Source: Candidatus Dormiibacterota bacterium (GTDB lineage: Bacteria; Chloroflexota; Dormibacteria; CF-121). From it: a stretch of 64,000 bases of DNA. Positions 1 to 13,818 of the stretch are shown here, one piece after another. The notes under the pieces were generated by a model, which saw only the letters and a program-made list of their open reading frames with translations, searched no databases and had not been told where the DNA came from. Both the position numbers and the translations under genes were made by a program. Numbering within the stretch: position 1 is the stretch's first letter; each line of letters starts with the position of its first letter. Location of the stretch: assembly GCA_035279665.1 (NCBI GenBank), contig DATEHI010000052.1, positions 7,939 through 71,938 on the forward strand. The letters run 5' to 3'.

Positions 1-1016
1 ATGATGTTCGGACATGCCAAACGGGCGACATCGCTCCGGGAAACGACGCGCACGGCACCAAGGAGACTCACGCGGCGCACACTGAAGTCGTCGACGACGG
101 TCCGGCGCCCATTCCGATAGCGCCAGTGAAAGGCGACAGCGGCGACGATGGTAGCAACCGTCGCCCCAAGGACGACCTCAGCGATGGGGCCTGGGGTGCG
201 CATACGCAAGACAAACGACGGCACCCCCAACCCGAGAGCGATCAGACCCACCCACCAGGGGCGCCTGGTCGGCATAGGATGCGGTCGGAGCGTAAACGGA
301 AGCGTCACCGACGGCTGCGGGCCTGCCGTCACCGAGGGCGTCTCGGCCGGCGGATCCTGCAGTAGCGCGTGGCGCAGCAGCGCCTCCTGCTCCGCGATGG
401 GTAGCGTCGTGTCAATCGCCACCAGCGACCCGACCGTAGCCTGTTTCTGGCCGCGCATGGTGATGAAGGTCGCCATCGCGATGATCAGCCCCAGCGTCGG
501 AATCAACACCGCGCCGAGACGCAGATCGCTCTGCTTATAGATGGGACTGTCCTTCGTCTCAATGCCGATGGCGCCCAGATACACCGCCGTGATCGCTCCC
601 TGGTAGAACTCCGCCTGAATTGGCGCCCCAACATGTAGCGCGTCCTCCTGTTGCCAGTTGGTCTTGGCCCAGGTCGACCTCGTGCCGTCCCGGAGCTGCA
701 GCGTCATGTCAGCGGTGTCGCCGGTCTTGCCGTGGGTGACGGAGAACTTGGCAAGCGTGCCCGTGACCGTCGTGTAGCAGGTAGCGGTGGTCACTGCGCC
801 GCGGCAGGGTGTTGCGTTGCGATAAGTCTGCACCGCGGCATCCAGCTCATTTGCGGCGACCAGTAAAGCGCTACCGCCAGCGCCGCCGGCTAGAGGGATC
901 CCAAGCAGAAACGACCAGTAAAGGACTCGCCCAATCGACAGCCGGCGCCTGGTTTTGCCGGAGGGCTGCTCGGTCGGCTCGACGAGGTTGAACATGCGGC
1001 TGTTTTGGAAACGCAT
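1..1016 (-). CDS. Hypothetical membrane protein, partial (3' end runs off window start)
   Basis: Hand translation of the minus strand from ATG at 1016..1014 gives an uninterrupted frame of about 339 codons to position 1 (MRFQNSRMFNLVEPTEQPSGKTRRRLSIGRVLYWSFLLGIPLAGG...WWVGLIALGLGVPSFVL...). It has several hydrophobic TM-like segments. It is absent from the ORF track only because no stop codon falls inside the window. All plus-strand ORFs here are short and Arg-rich. Confidence 0.5.
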   Translation of the reverse strand, partial: MRFQNSRMFNLVEPTEQPSGKTRRRLSIGRVLYWSFLLGIPLAGGAGGSALLVAANELDAAVQTYRNATPCRGAVTTATCYTTVTGTLAKFSVTHGKTGDTADMTLQLRDGTRSTWAKTNWQQEDALHVGAPIQAEFYQGAITAVYLGAIGIETKDSPIYKQSDLRLGAVLIPTLGLIIAMATFITMRGQKQATVGSLVAIDTTLPIAEQEALLRHALLQDPPAETPSVTAGPQPSVTLPFTLRPHPMPTRRPWWVGLIALGLGVPSFVLRMRTPGPIAEVVLGATVATIVAAVAFHWRYRNGRRTVVDDFSVRRVSLLGAVRVVSRSDVARLACPNI

Positions 1017-1107
1017 AGCCAGTGGTTTCCCTCCCCCTCTAGGGAGCGCAAGGCAGGGATTTCCGAATTGACAAACGAACGCATGTTCGCTAAACTAACA
1101 CAGAATT

Positions 1108-2523
1108 GTGGTAGATGCGGAACCGACCCTGCCGACGAGCGTCCACGTGGCGGACCTGTTGAGCGCCGTCGATCGGTTCCGCCGGCGCCCGAAAACCGAC
1201 CGGCAGCCCCAGGTGCTTGCCGCAGAACTGAAAGGGATCCGCCACGCGTCGGATCTCCTCGAGCTGGAGTTCTCGCAAACCGCGGCGGCCTTCAGCAAGA
1301 CGGAGGAATACGACGAGCAGGGGTCTGTGAGCCCCATCGATTGGATCCGTCATCAATGCCGGATGTCCAGTGGGGCGGTATGGAACAGTTTGGCGGTCGG
1401 CGAGCACCTCGATGACCTTCCGCGCAGCATCGAGGCGGTCGAGAGTGCGGAGATCGGTTACGCCCACCTGGCGCTCATGGCCCGAACCGCCGAATCCGTA
1501 CAGGGATCATCCACCGCCGCACCTTTCGAGGAGGATGGGTTACTCGACAAGGCCCGCGAGTACAGCGTCGGCCGGCTCTGGTACTTCTGTCATCACATGC
1601 GCCACGCCACAGACCCGGAGGAATTTACCGCCGAGCAGAGCCGCGCGACCGAGGCGCGCAGGTTAAAGATGAGCACCTACGAAGACGGCTCCCTGGCTAT
1701 CGAGGGCTGGATCGACTCGGTCGGTGGCGCCGTGGTTCGCAGCGCGCTCGAGCCGTTGGCTCAGCCGCATGGCGACCACGATGAGCGCGGCCGGGAACAC
1801 CGCAACGCGGACGCCTTCGTCGAGGTCTGCAGTCACGCACAAGACACTGGCGTGCTACCCCAACGTCCTCACCTTCAGGTAACGGCCTCGCTCGACACGC
1901 TCCGGGGACTGGCCGGCTCGCCTGCGGGTGACATGGAGTACTCGCTACCAGTGTCGTCGGCGACCGTACAACGCCTGGCGTGCGACGGCACGATCACCCG
2001 CGTCGTGCTGGCACCGGAGTCCGTCGTGATCGATGTCGGACGGGCGCGTCGCGTGGTCGCCGGGGCCATGCGTCGCGCGCTGAACGCCCGCGATGGTCAT
2101 TGCAAGTGGCCGCGGTGCGATCGGCCGGCGTCGTGGAGCGATGCCCACCACGTCGTCCACTGGACGAATGGCGGCGAGACCGATCTTGCGAACATGATCC
2201 TGTTGTGCCACCGACATCATTGGATGGCGCATGAGGGCGGTTGGCAACTGGTGCGAACGGCGGAGGGTGAGGTGCTGGCCGTGCCGCCTCGCCCACCCGG
2301 GCTGGCGCGCGTGGCAGACGTTGACGATCCCGTTGAGGCTGCTCGCCGGTTCGCGGAACAGTTGCGCATCGCGCGAAGCTTACGAACCGACTGGCCGCCT
2401 GGAAAACGTGCACCAGCCGACGACGCCGCGTGGGCCCGAGTCATGAACACGCACGATGCCGCGGGTCATCAGGCGAACCAGCGGTCGGACCTCGACCCCA
2501 GCCTCCCCGACCCCGCCGCCTGA
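1108..2523 (+). CDS. HNH endonuclease domain protein, DUF222 / REP13E12 repeat-family type
   Basis: C-terminal HNH motif HCKWPRCDRPASWSDAHHVVHWTNGGETDLANMILLCHRHHW. The N-terminal region resembles DUF222 as in mycobacterial 13E12-repeat proteins. GTG start at 1108. Confidence 0.85.
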   Translation: MVDAEPTLPTSVHVADLLSAVDRFRRRPKTDRQPQVLAAELKGIRHASDLLELEFSQTAAAFSKTEEYDEQGSVSPIDWIRHQCRMSSGAVWNSLAVGEHLDDLPRSIEAVESAEIGYAHLALMARTAESVQGSSTAAPFEEDGLLDKAREYSVGRLWYFCHHMRHATDPEEFTAEQSRATEARRLKMSTYEDGSLAIEGWIDSVGGAVVRSALEPLAQPHGDHDERGREHRNADAFVEVCSHAQDTGVLPQRPHLQVTASLDTLRGLAGSPAGDMEYSLPVSSATVQRLACDGTITRVVLAPESVVIDVGRARRVVAGAMRRALNARDGHCKWPRCDRPASWSDAHHVVHWTNGGETDLANMILLCHRHHWMAHEGGWQLVRTAEGEVLAVPPRPPGLARVADVDDPVEAARRFAEQLRIARSLRTDWPPGKRAPADDAAWARVMNTHDAAGHQANQRSDLDPSLPDPAA

Positions 2524-2832
2524 GGAATTGTTGACCCACCGCTAGGTTCGGCGCGTGCCGCAAGGAGCCGGTCCAGCTCGGCGACGTCGGCCAAGCAAGG
2601 GGCGAGGCGGTGCGGGTTCCCCTTCGTCGCGACGACCCGCCTTCGCAGGCGGCGAGGCGGCGCGGGTCGCCCTCCGGAGCGCCGCAGAGGGGTCGGGCCG
2701 CTTAACCAACGATCGACCCACTTCGGGGAATGGGATCTCGGCACGAACGGCGGAGGCGTTTACGCCGGCTAATCCGTAGCCGATTCAGGCTGAGCAGGCC
2801 GGCCCCTCGAGCAGTCCGGAGGGTGCGCCGCC

Positions 2833-2893
2833 GTTAGCCGCTTGCGAAAGTCGGCCTCGCCGACGTCAGCCGCTTGCGAAAGTCGGCCTCGCC
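2833..2893. repeat. Tandem direct repeat, 2 units of 29 bp (gtYagccgcttgcgaaagtcggcctcgcc) separated by 'gac', abutting the gltB stop codon
   Basis: Seen directly: unit 1 at 2833..2861, unit 2 at 2865..2893, one mismatch. The related GGCGAGGCG motif also occurs at 2601..2624 and 2651..2674 in the same 370-bp intergenic region. Confidence 0.7.
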
Positions 2894-7534
<4,641 letters not shown>

Positions 7535-7645
7535 TCTGAGTTACCAACGCTATCGATTGCGGCCGCTTCACGCCACGGACGATTGGTCCAAAAGGATGGC
7601 GTGGCGTCGTACCTTCCGCACAATGGTCGTGCGAGGTCGAGCAGG

Positions 7646-8764
7646 TTACCCGAGACGCTCCTTCAGCCAGTCGGCCATCAGCGGCCGGTATTTGTACGCG
7701 ATGTTGTTGCAGACGTGGTTGCCATCCGGGTACATCACGAGCGTCGCGTTCGGCGCCTCGCGTGCAATCCGCTCCGCCTGCGCGGGCGGAAACAAGCCGT
7801 CGCGGGCGCCATGGATCACGAGTAGTGGTTGGGTGACCTTGTCGAGGACGCCCTCGAGGTTTAGCGTGTATGCCTTGCGCTTGGCCTCGGCCTCATCCGC
7901 CGATTTCGTGTAGAAGATGTAGCCGCCTTTGGTCAGTGGGTTGATCGCGTCCCAGCACTCTCCGAGGTTGTACGGCCCGGACAGTCCGACGACGGCAAGC
8001 AGCCGCCTTTCGTGCGCCGCCGCCCTGGGGCCGTAGATCGCACCCATGCTGATCCCCATCAGGCCGATCCGGTTCAAGTCGACGCCCAGGTCATGGCGCC
8101 GCTCGAGATCGTCGACCAGCGGCGTGATCACGGATTCCCAATTGACGCGAATCGGAAAATGCACCGAGTTCTCCGACTGGCCGGGGCCGTCGATAGTCAG
8201 GGTCGCCAGACCGCGCCGGAGGAACTCCTCCTCGATGGCGAACAGCTCCTCCTTCGAGGAGTCGAGTCCCGGTACGATGAGGATGAGCGGTGGCCGGCGC
8301 ACGTCGCGAGGACGACGCAAGTGCCCCGGGATGATGTGGCTCTCGAATGGGATCTCGAGGCGCTCCGCCGGCGGGTCCAGGTGTGGAAGCGTCTTGCCGT
8401 AGACCGAGACCGAACGGTCGCGGAGCTCGCCGTGGAGCGAGAGATCCTCGAACCAGAGGAACTTCCCGAGGTGATAGCACCAGGCCGCCCGCTGGTAGGC
8501 CGCGGTGGCCGACACCATGCGCTCGTGCTGCTCGGCTTCGCGGCCGAGCGCCTCGTGCACCTCACCGACCGCCCGCCAGTTCGGGCCCCAGTCCTTCCAC
8601 TCCGTCGTCTTCCCCACGATCGTGTCGAAGTCGTTGACATCGATGCCGTTGGCCACGAAGCGCGCCCGCCAGTGATGGGCGGCGACCTGGACCCGGTTGC
8701 TCGGTAGATCTCCCTCCCCCCTTGTGGGGGAGGGTCGCGGTGGCGGGGTGGCGTGCACCGTCAT
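7646..8764 (-). CDS. Alpha/beta hydrolase fold protein (dienelactone hydrolase / S9-like)
   Basis: GISMG nucleophile elbow and alpha/beta-hydrolase core. The true start is most likely ATG at 8764..8762, overlapping the upstream gene's TGA (ATGA), not the longer 7646..8986 ORF. The first 25 codons are encoded by a palindromic repeat (PPPRPSPTRGEGD). Confidence 0.75.
   Translation of the reverse strand: MTVHATPPPRPSPTRGEGDLPSNRVQVAAHHWRARFVANGIDVNDFDTIVGKTTEWKDWGPNWRAVGEVHEALGREAEQHERMVSATAAYQRAAWCYHLGKFLWFEDLSLHGELRDRSVSVYGKTLPHLDPPAERLEIPFESHIIPGHLRRPRDVRRPPLILIVPGLDSSKEELFAIEEEFLRRGLATLTIDGPGQSENSVHFPIRVNWESVITPLVDDLERRHDLGVDLNRIGLMGISMGAIYGPRAAAHERRLLAVVGLSGPYNLGECWDAINPLTKGGYIFYTKSADEAEAKRKAYTLNLEGVLDKVTQPLLVIHGARDGLFPPAQAERIAREAPNATLVMYPDGNHVCNNIAYKYRPLMADWLKERLG
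8712..8750. repeat. Short GC-rich palindromic repeat, copy 1 (CCCTCCCCC-cttgt-GGGGGAGGG followed by G-rich tail)
   Basis: Perfect 9-bp inverted arms seen in sequence. A related copy lies at 35067..35098 and a weaker one at 1029..1059. Confidence 0.6.
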
Positions 8765-10368
8765 GTGACTTTCTCCTTCTGATGGATGGCCGCGTGGAGA
8801 CCGGAGCCGAGATCCTGCAGGAGGATGGCGGCGCAGTTCCGGCCCGGTAGACCGGACACCGACCCGCCCGGATGCGTGCACGCGCCCGTCTGATACAGAC
8901 CGTTGACCGGGGTCCGGTATGACGACCAGCCTTCGACCGGGCGGAAGTAGCCGCTCTGGTCCGGTGTGCTGGCCCCACCATGACACGATCCCCGCCAGTT
9001 CGCCGGATTCCGTCGCTCGAGGTCCAGCGGGCTTTCGACGTGTCGCGCCAGCACGATGCGCTCCGACAGATTCGTGGTCAGCGGCGCCAGCCGCTGGAAC
9101 AGGCGCGTCGCCACCTCCTCCTTGATCGCGTCCCAGTGTGGCGGGCCCTCGGCGAGTTCGTACGGGAGGAAGCTGATCAGCTTGAACGTCTGCTTGCCGG
9201 CGGGCGCGCGGGAGGCATCGACCACGGTTGGCGTGATCGCCAGGTAGACGGGGTCATCGAGCTCGACCCGCCCGGCGCGAAACGCGGTCAACATGCGATG
9301 CAGCGAGTCCAGCGATTCGAGCCCGCCCATCGTCACGCTCTCCAACGACCCGACTTCCGTCTGAAAGCGCGGCGCCTCACTCAACGCATAGTGAGCCACG
9401 AACATCGTCACGCTGGGCTTCCAGCGGGCAATTCCAGCGCGGTACTCGGGCGTGAGGTTCGCCTCTCCCACGATGCCGCTCAGATGCGCGATGTGGATCG
9501 TCGAGACCACGGCCTTCGAGGCGGAATAGCTCGAACCGTCGGCCGTGACGACGCCAGTCGCCCGTCCGCCTTCGACGACGATCCGGGTCACCGGCTTCGA
9601 TGTCAGGATGGCGCCGCCGTGCTCCCCAATGATCCGCGCGAGCGCGATGGGCAGGCGGTTCGAGCCACCCTCGGGCAGGATCCAGCTGAAGCGCTGCCGT
9701 CCCGCCACCAGCGAAAGAGCCAGCAGCCCTGTCTCCGGCTCGTCCAGTGGATGCAGCGTCATGAAGGCGATCCAGGCGAAGAAGGCGCGCACGTGCTCCT
9801 CGGCGAAACGTGCGGTGATGACATCGAGCGCGGTCGCCCGGCGGATGTCCAGCCCGCGCGCGCCGAGCGGCCCTGCCTGCGTCCGCGCCGCGACCTCAGC
9901 AGGTGGTCGGGGCGAGTTTTCCCGCTCGGCGTTCACGATCGGCGAGAGCGACTGCCAATCGGCGAGCAGCTCGCGATAGGCGTCGGCATCCGCACGCGAA
10001 AAGCGAGCCAGCTCCGCACACGTGCGATCGAGGTCGCGCCACATCGTAATGCTGCGGCCGTCGCGGAACGGCATGGTGAACACTGGATCGGGCGACAGGT
10101 AACGCAGCCCGTAGCGGTCGAGTTGCAATTCGTTGTTGCGCATCAACGGGTTGCTCTGGATCAGGTTATGCGCGGTCGCACACGAATCATGGACAAAGCC
10201 CGGCAGCGTGAGTTCCTCGGAGATTGTGTCGCCGCCGATCTGCGCGGCGGCCTCGAGAACCAGTACCTTGAAACCGGCGCGGGCGGCGTAGGCGGCGGTC
10301 AGCAGGCTGTTGTGGCCGGCGCCGGCGACAATGATGTCCCACTCGCCACCGCGGGCGGATACGCTCAA
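8761..10368 (-). CDS. FAD-dependent oxidoreductase (phytoene desaturase/CrtI-like amine oxidase family)
   Basis: N-terminal Rossmann motif DIIVAGAGHNSLLTAAYAARAGFKVLVLEA. The length (535 aa) is typical of CrtI-family flavoproteins. Confidence 0.8.
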   Translation of the reverse strand: MSVSARGGEWDIIVAGAGHNSLLTAAYAARAGFKVLVLEAAAQIGGDTISEELTLPGFVHDSCATAHNLIQSNPLMRNNELQLDRYGLRYLSPDPVFTMPFRDGRSITMWRDLDRTCAELARFSRADADAYRELLADWQSLSPIVNAERENSPRPPAEVAARTQAGPLGARGLDIRRATALDVITARFAEEHVRAFFAWIAFMTLHPLDEPETGLLALSLVAGRQRFSWILPEGGSNRLPIALARIIGEHGGAILTSKPVTRIVVEGGRATGVVTADGSSYSASKAVVSTIHIAHLSGIVGEANLTPEYRAGIARWKPSVTMFVAHYALSEAPRFQTEVGSLESVTMGGLESLDSLHRMLTAFRAGRVELDDPVYLAITPTVVDASRAPAGKQTFKLISFLPYELAEGPPHWDAIKEEVATRLFQRLAPLTTNLSERIVLARHVESPLDLERRNPANWRGSCHGGASTPDQSGYFRPVEGWSSYRTPVNGLYQTGACTHPGGSVSGLPGRNCAAILLQDLGSGLHAAIHQKEKVT

Positions 10369-10390
10369 GCGATCGCCGCCGCCGAATCAT

Positions 10391-11131
10391 TCACGCCGTG
10401 GCCCCCAGGTAGAGGCGGCCGATCTCCGGGTTGTTGAGCACCGCGGGGCCAGCGCCCTGCAGCCGCACCCGGCCGCTTTCCATGACGACGCCGTGCGTCG
10501 CCAGTCCGAGTCCGGACCGTGCGTTCTGCTCGACCAGCAGGATGGTTCGTCCCGCCTGGTTCATGGCGCGGATGGTGTCGAAGACAACGGTGCGCGTCTT
10601 CGGGTCGAGACCCATCGAGGGCTCGTCGAGGACTACGAGGGCGGGATCGAGCATCAGCGCCCGCGCGAACTCCACGATCTTCTGCTGCCCGCCAGAGAGC
10701 GACGCGGCAGGTTCGTGACGTCGCTCGCGCACGATGGGAAAGCTCTCGCAGACGGCACCCAGCCGGCGCTCAACGAGCCCGCGATCGCGCACCGTGTAGG
10801 CACCCATACGAACGTTCTCCCACACCGTCATCGTCGGAAAGAGGCTTCGCTCCTGCGGCACCTGCACGACGCCGCGGCGCAAGATCGCCGGCGGGCTGAG
10901 CCCGACGATGGATGCGCCGCGAAAGCGGATACGGCCGAGGCGCGGTCGCAGCAACCCGCTGATCACGCGCAGCACCGTCGACTTCCCGGCCCCGTTGGGC
11001 CCGACGATGCAAGTGATGGCCCCATCCTCAACCGTGAGGTCGAGCTCATGGAGGATATCGCCCCCGCCGTAGCCGGCGGTCACGCCTTCGAGCTCGAGCA
11101 GCGCCCCCATCTCAGGCTCCCAGGTAGGCAT
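10391..11131 (-). CDS. livF: Branched-chain amino acid ABC transporter ATP-binding protein (LivF type)
   Basis: Walker A GPNGAGKST, ABC signature LSGGQQ and Walker B LLDEPS. Position in a livJHMGF-order operon. Confidence 0.9.
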   Translation of the reverse strand: MPTWEPEMGALLELEGVTAGYGGGDILHELDLTVEDGAITCIVGPNGAGKSTVLRVISGLLRPRLGRIRFRGASIVGLSPPAILRRGVVQVPQERSLFPTMTVWENVRMGAYTVRDRGLVERRLGAVCESFPIVRERRHEPAASLSGGQQKIVEFARALMLDPALVVLDEPSMGLDPKTRTVVFDTIRAMNQAGRTILLVEQNARSGLGLATHGVVMESGRVRLQGAGPAVLNNPEIGRLYLGATA

Positions 11132-11843
11132 CGAGCACGGCTGGATTCTCGCGCACCTCGCTGGGCTTGCCGCTCGCGATCACGCGGCCCCGGTGCAGGA
11201 CCACGACCTCGTGGCACAGGTTCATCACGAAGCTCATGTTGTGCTCGACCAGCAGGAAGGTCACGCCCTGCCCATTCAGCTGCCTGATGTGTTCGGCAAT
11301 CCGCTCGAGCAGCACCGGGTTGACCCCGCCGGCGGGCTCATCGAGCAACACCAGTTCCGGCTGCGCCATCATCACCGCGGCCAGTTCCAGCAGCTTGCGC
11401 TGCCCGTACGACAGCGCACCACCGAGCGTGCCCGCGACTCGACTGATGTCCATGAACTCCAACATCTGCATCGCCCGCGCCTTCTCGTGGCCCCACTGTC
11501 CATGGGAAAGCAGCGCGCGCAACCCCGCACGCCGCACCGGTACCAGCATGTTCTCCAGCGCCGTCAGCCGTGGAAAGATGCGGGCCAGCTGGAAGGTGCG
11601 TCCGATACCCAGCCCGTAGATGCGGTCGGGGCCCAGGCCGGTGATCGACCGCGACTTGAATCGCACGTCGCCGCCGTCTCGCGGCAGGAAGCCGGTCACC
11701 AGGTTGAAAACGGTCGTCTTCCCGGAGCCGTTCGGACCGATCAGCCCGGTGATGCTGCCGGCCGGAACCGAGAGCGAGCACGAGTCGACCGCCACCACAC
11801 CACCGAAGCGCTTGGAGAGGTCCTGGATTTCGAGCAGGCTCAT
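11112..11843 (-). CDS. livG: Branched-chain amino acid ABC transporter ATP-binding protein (LivG type)
   Basis: Walker A GPNGSGKTT and signature LSYGQRK. Start taken at MSLLEIQDL (ATG 11843), which overlaps the livM stop (ATGA). The longer ORF to 11903 is an upstream extension. Confidence 0.9.
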   Translation of the reverse strand: MSLLEIQDLSKRFGGVVAVDSCSLSVPAGSITGLIGPNGSGKTTVFNLVTGFLPRDGGDVRFKSRSITGLGPDRIYGLGIGRTFQLARIFPRLTALENMLVPVRRAGLRALLSHGQWGHEKARAMQMLEFMDISRVAGTLGGALSYGQRKLLELAAVMMAQPELVLLDEPAGGVNPVLLERIAEHIRQLNGQGVTFLLVEHNMSFVMNLCHEVVVLHRGRVIASGKPSEVRENPAVLDAYLGA

Positions 11844-12886
11844 GGTGATGTGGCCCGGTGCTCTGCCGGCGTTGCCACGTCCTGTCGGGCACCGACGCGC
11901 CAACGGTGGAAGAGGTCCGCGAGCGAGGGAACGATCCCCCGGGGGAGGAAGAGGATCACGATCAGAAAGACCGCCGAAAACAGCAACAGGTAGAGCCGGC
12001 TAGCCCCGAAGCGATAGGCAAACTCCAGCTGTGCACGCTCGAGGAGCACCGCCCCGATCACCGGCCCGCTGAGCGTTCCGAGACCACCGAGGAAGGTCAT
12101 CAGCACCATCGAGATGCCGAGCAGCGGATCCACCACGAACTGCGGGTACAGGTAAGTGACGTAATAACCGTAGACGGCGCCGATCATGCCTACCAGCGTC
12201 GCGCTGATGACGAAGGCGGTGAGCTTGAACGCGCGCGTCGGCACGCCCACCGCCAGCGCCTTGTCCTCATCGTCGCGGATCGCGAGCAAGCCGAGCCCGA
12301 ACTTGGAGCGGCGAATCCACCAGGACAAGGCGAGCCCGAGGACCGCCAATGCGAGCATCGCGTAATAGAAGGGGATGTTGAAGAAATCACCCGTCCAGTC
12401 GTGAGGGTAGGGAACGCTCAGGCCGGCGCCACCTCCAGTGAGCTTGACAAGGTTTTCCGCCAGCAACTGCACGATGAACATGAAGGCGATGGTGACGATG
12501 ACAAAGGTCGCGGCCCGGGTGCGCAGCGCGATCCAGCCGATCCCGACCGCGGCCACCGCCGTCAGAAAGCCGGCGACCGGCACCAGCAGGAAGGGCGCGT
12601 AGCCCGGCGTGATGTTGAGGTGGATCAACAGCAGGCCGAACGAATAGGCACCGATCCCGAAGAATGCCGCGTGACCGAGGGAGATGTAACCGGTGTAGCC
12701 GCCCATGACGTTCCAGGCGGTTGCCAGCCCCACGTACATCACCGTGAAGACGGCGATGTTGGTGGTCGCCGGGTCGGGCGCGATCACGGGCAGGAACAGC
12801 GCGAAGGCGGCGAGCACGACCAGGCTGAGCGCCTTGAGTGCGGTCGTTTGACCGCTTCTCAGCCTGAGCGTGGGGATGGCGGTCAT
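11840..12886 (-). CDS. livM: Branched-chain amino acid ABC transporter permease (LivM type)
   Basis: Polytopic membrane protein with LivM-like conserved region (YISLGHAAFFGIGAYS). Confidence 0.9.
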   Translation of the reverse strand: MTAIPTLRLRSGQTTALKALSLVVLAAFALFLPVIAPDPATTNIAVFTVMYVGLATAWNVMGGYTGYISLGHAAFFGIGAYSFGLLLIHLNITPGYAPFLLVPVAGFLTAVAAVGIGWIALRTRAATFVIVTIAFMFIVQLLAENLVKLTGGGAGLSVPYPHDWTGDFFNIPFYYAMLALAVLGLALSWWIRRSKFGLGLLAIRDDEDKALAVGVPTRAFKLTAFVISATLVGMIGAVYGYYVTYLYPQFVVDPLLGISMVLMTFLGGLGTLSGPVIGAVLLERAQLEFAYRFGASRLYLLLFSAVFLIVILFLPRGIVPSLADLFHRWRVGARQDVATPAEHRATSP

Positions 12887-13758
12887 ATTCGATCACGCAC
12901 GCGCACGCCATAGAGGCCCTGCGGTCGCGCGATCAGGACGGCGACCAGAATGACGAAAAACACGAAGTTGGCCCAGACCGGCGAGACCAGGACGGCGGTG
13001 ATGTCTTCGGTGACCAGCATGACCAGCGCGGCGACGACGGCCCCGCGCAGACTTCCCAGGCCACCGAGCACGATGATGGTGAGAAGGCGCGAGATCAGAT
13101 CGTAGTGGCTGCCCGGGTTGAACGCATTGGTGATGCCGAACACCACGCCGCCGGCCGCCGCGGTCGCGACCCCGACGCCGAAGGCGAGCGCGGCGACTCG
13201 GTCGACGTCGATGCCGATCAACTGCGCCGCGGTTCGGTTGAGCATTGTCGCCCGGATAGCTCCGCCGAATGCGGTGCGGTAGAGCATCAAGAACAGCGCC
13301 CCCAGGATCGCGAGGCAAAGCACGAAGCCGAAGACATAGACATAGGTGATGCGGAAACCGAAGATCGGAAAGCTGGCGGTCTCGTACCAGGCCCGCAACT
13401 GGACGTAGTTGGTGCTGAAGAAATAACCGAGGACGCCCTCGACGCCAAGGGCGATCGCGTAGGTCACGAGTACGGACAGCGCTTCGCGGTCCGTCCTGAG
13501 CGGGCGAATGAACGCCAGCTGCAAGACGACGCCCAGCGCGAACATGGCCGGCATGGTGACCACCAGGCTGAGGAACGGGTCGATGTGGAAGGAGCGGAAG
13601 AGCGCGAAGCTGAGGTAGGCGCCGAGCACCACCAGCGCGCCGTGGCCGACGTTGATGATGCGCATCACGCCGAAGATCAAGGTGAGCCCCGAGGCCATGA
13701 GCGCGTAGACCCCGCCCGTCAGGATGCCGAGGGCCGCGGCCTGAAGGACGAGGCTCAT
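12883..13758 (-). CDS. livH: Branched-chain amino acid ABC transporter permease (LivH type)
   Basis: LivH-like N-terminus MSLVLQAAALGILTGGVYALMASGLTLIFGVMRIINVGHG. About 8 TM segments. Confidence 0.9.
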   Translation of the reverse strand: MSLVLQAAALGILTGGVYALMASGLTLIFGVMRIINVGHGALVVLGAYLSFALFRSFHIDPFLSLVVTMPAMFALGVVLQLAFIRPLRTDREALSVLVTYAIALGVEGVLGYFFSTNYVQLRAWYETASFPIFGFRITYVYVFGFVLCLAILGALFLMLYRTAFGGAIRATMLNRTAAQLIGIDVDRVAALAFGVGVATAAAGGVVFGITNAFNPGSHYDLISRLLTIIVLGGLGSLRGAVVAALVMLVTEDITAVLVSPVWANFVFFVILVAVLIARPQGLYGVRVRDRI

Positions 13759-13818
13759 CGCGGAAGCAAGCGAAAGATGAGGGGACGGCGCCTGCTGGTC
13801 ACCGTCCCCTCAGCCTAA

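Noticed and set aside
2833-2893. Possible CRISPR array from the direct repeats
   Set aside because: Only two repeat units with a 3-bp spacer and no cas genes nearby. This is a simple tandem duplication, not a CRISPR.
7646-8986. Longer 446-aa version of the alpha/beta hydrolase, and similar N-terminal extensions of livG (to 11903), leuD (to 27674), OmpR-type RR (to 49897), trpG (to 43247) and E1-alpha (from 19041)
   Set aside because: The extensions overlap the preceding gene by more than 100 nt, have low-complexity composition, and better starts exist at stop/start overlap junctions that agree with homolog N-termini.
8980-10437. Long antisense ORFs opposite well-supported genes (for example 8980..10437+, 11858..12913+, 13900..14961+, 16131..17354-, 29408..30589+, 34936..36054-, 39354..40742-, 49859..51403+, 55236..56438+, 59754..60626-)
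   Set aside because: Typical high-GC shadow ORFs. Arg/Gly/Asp/Pro-rich low-complexity translations, no recognisable motifs, and each lies fully inside a gene with strong family signatures on the other strand.
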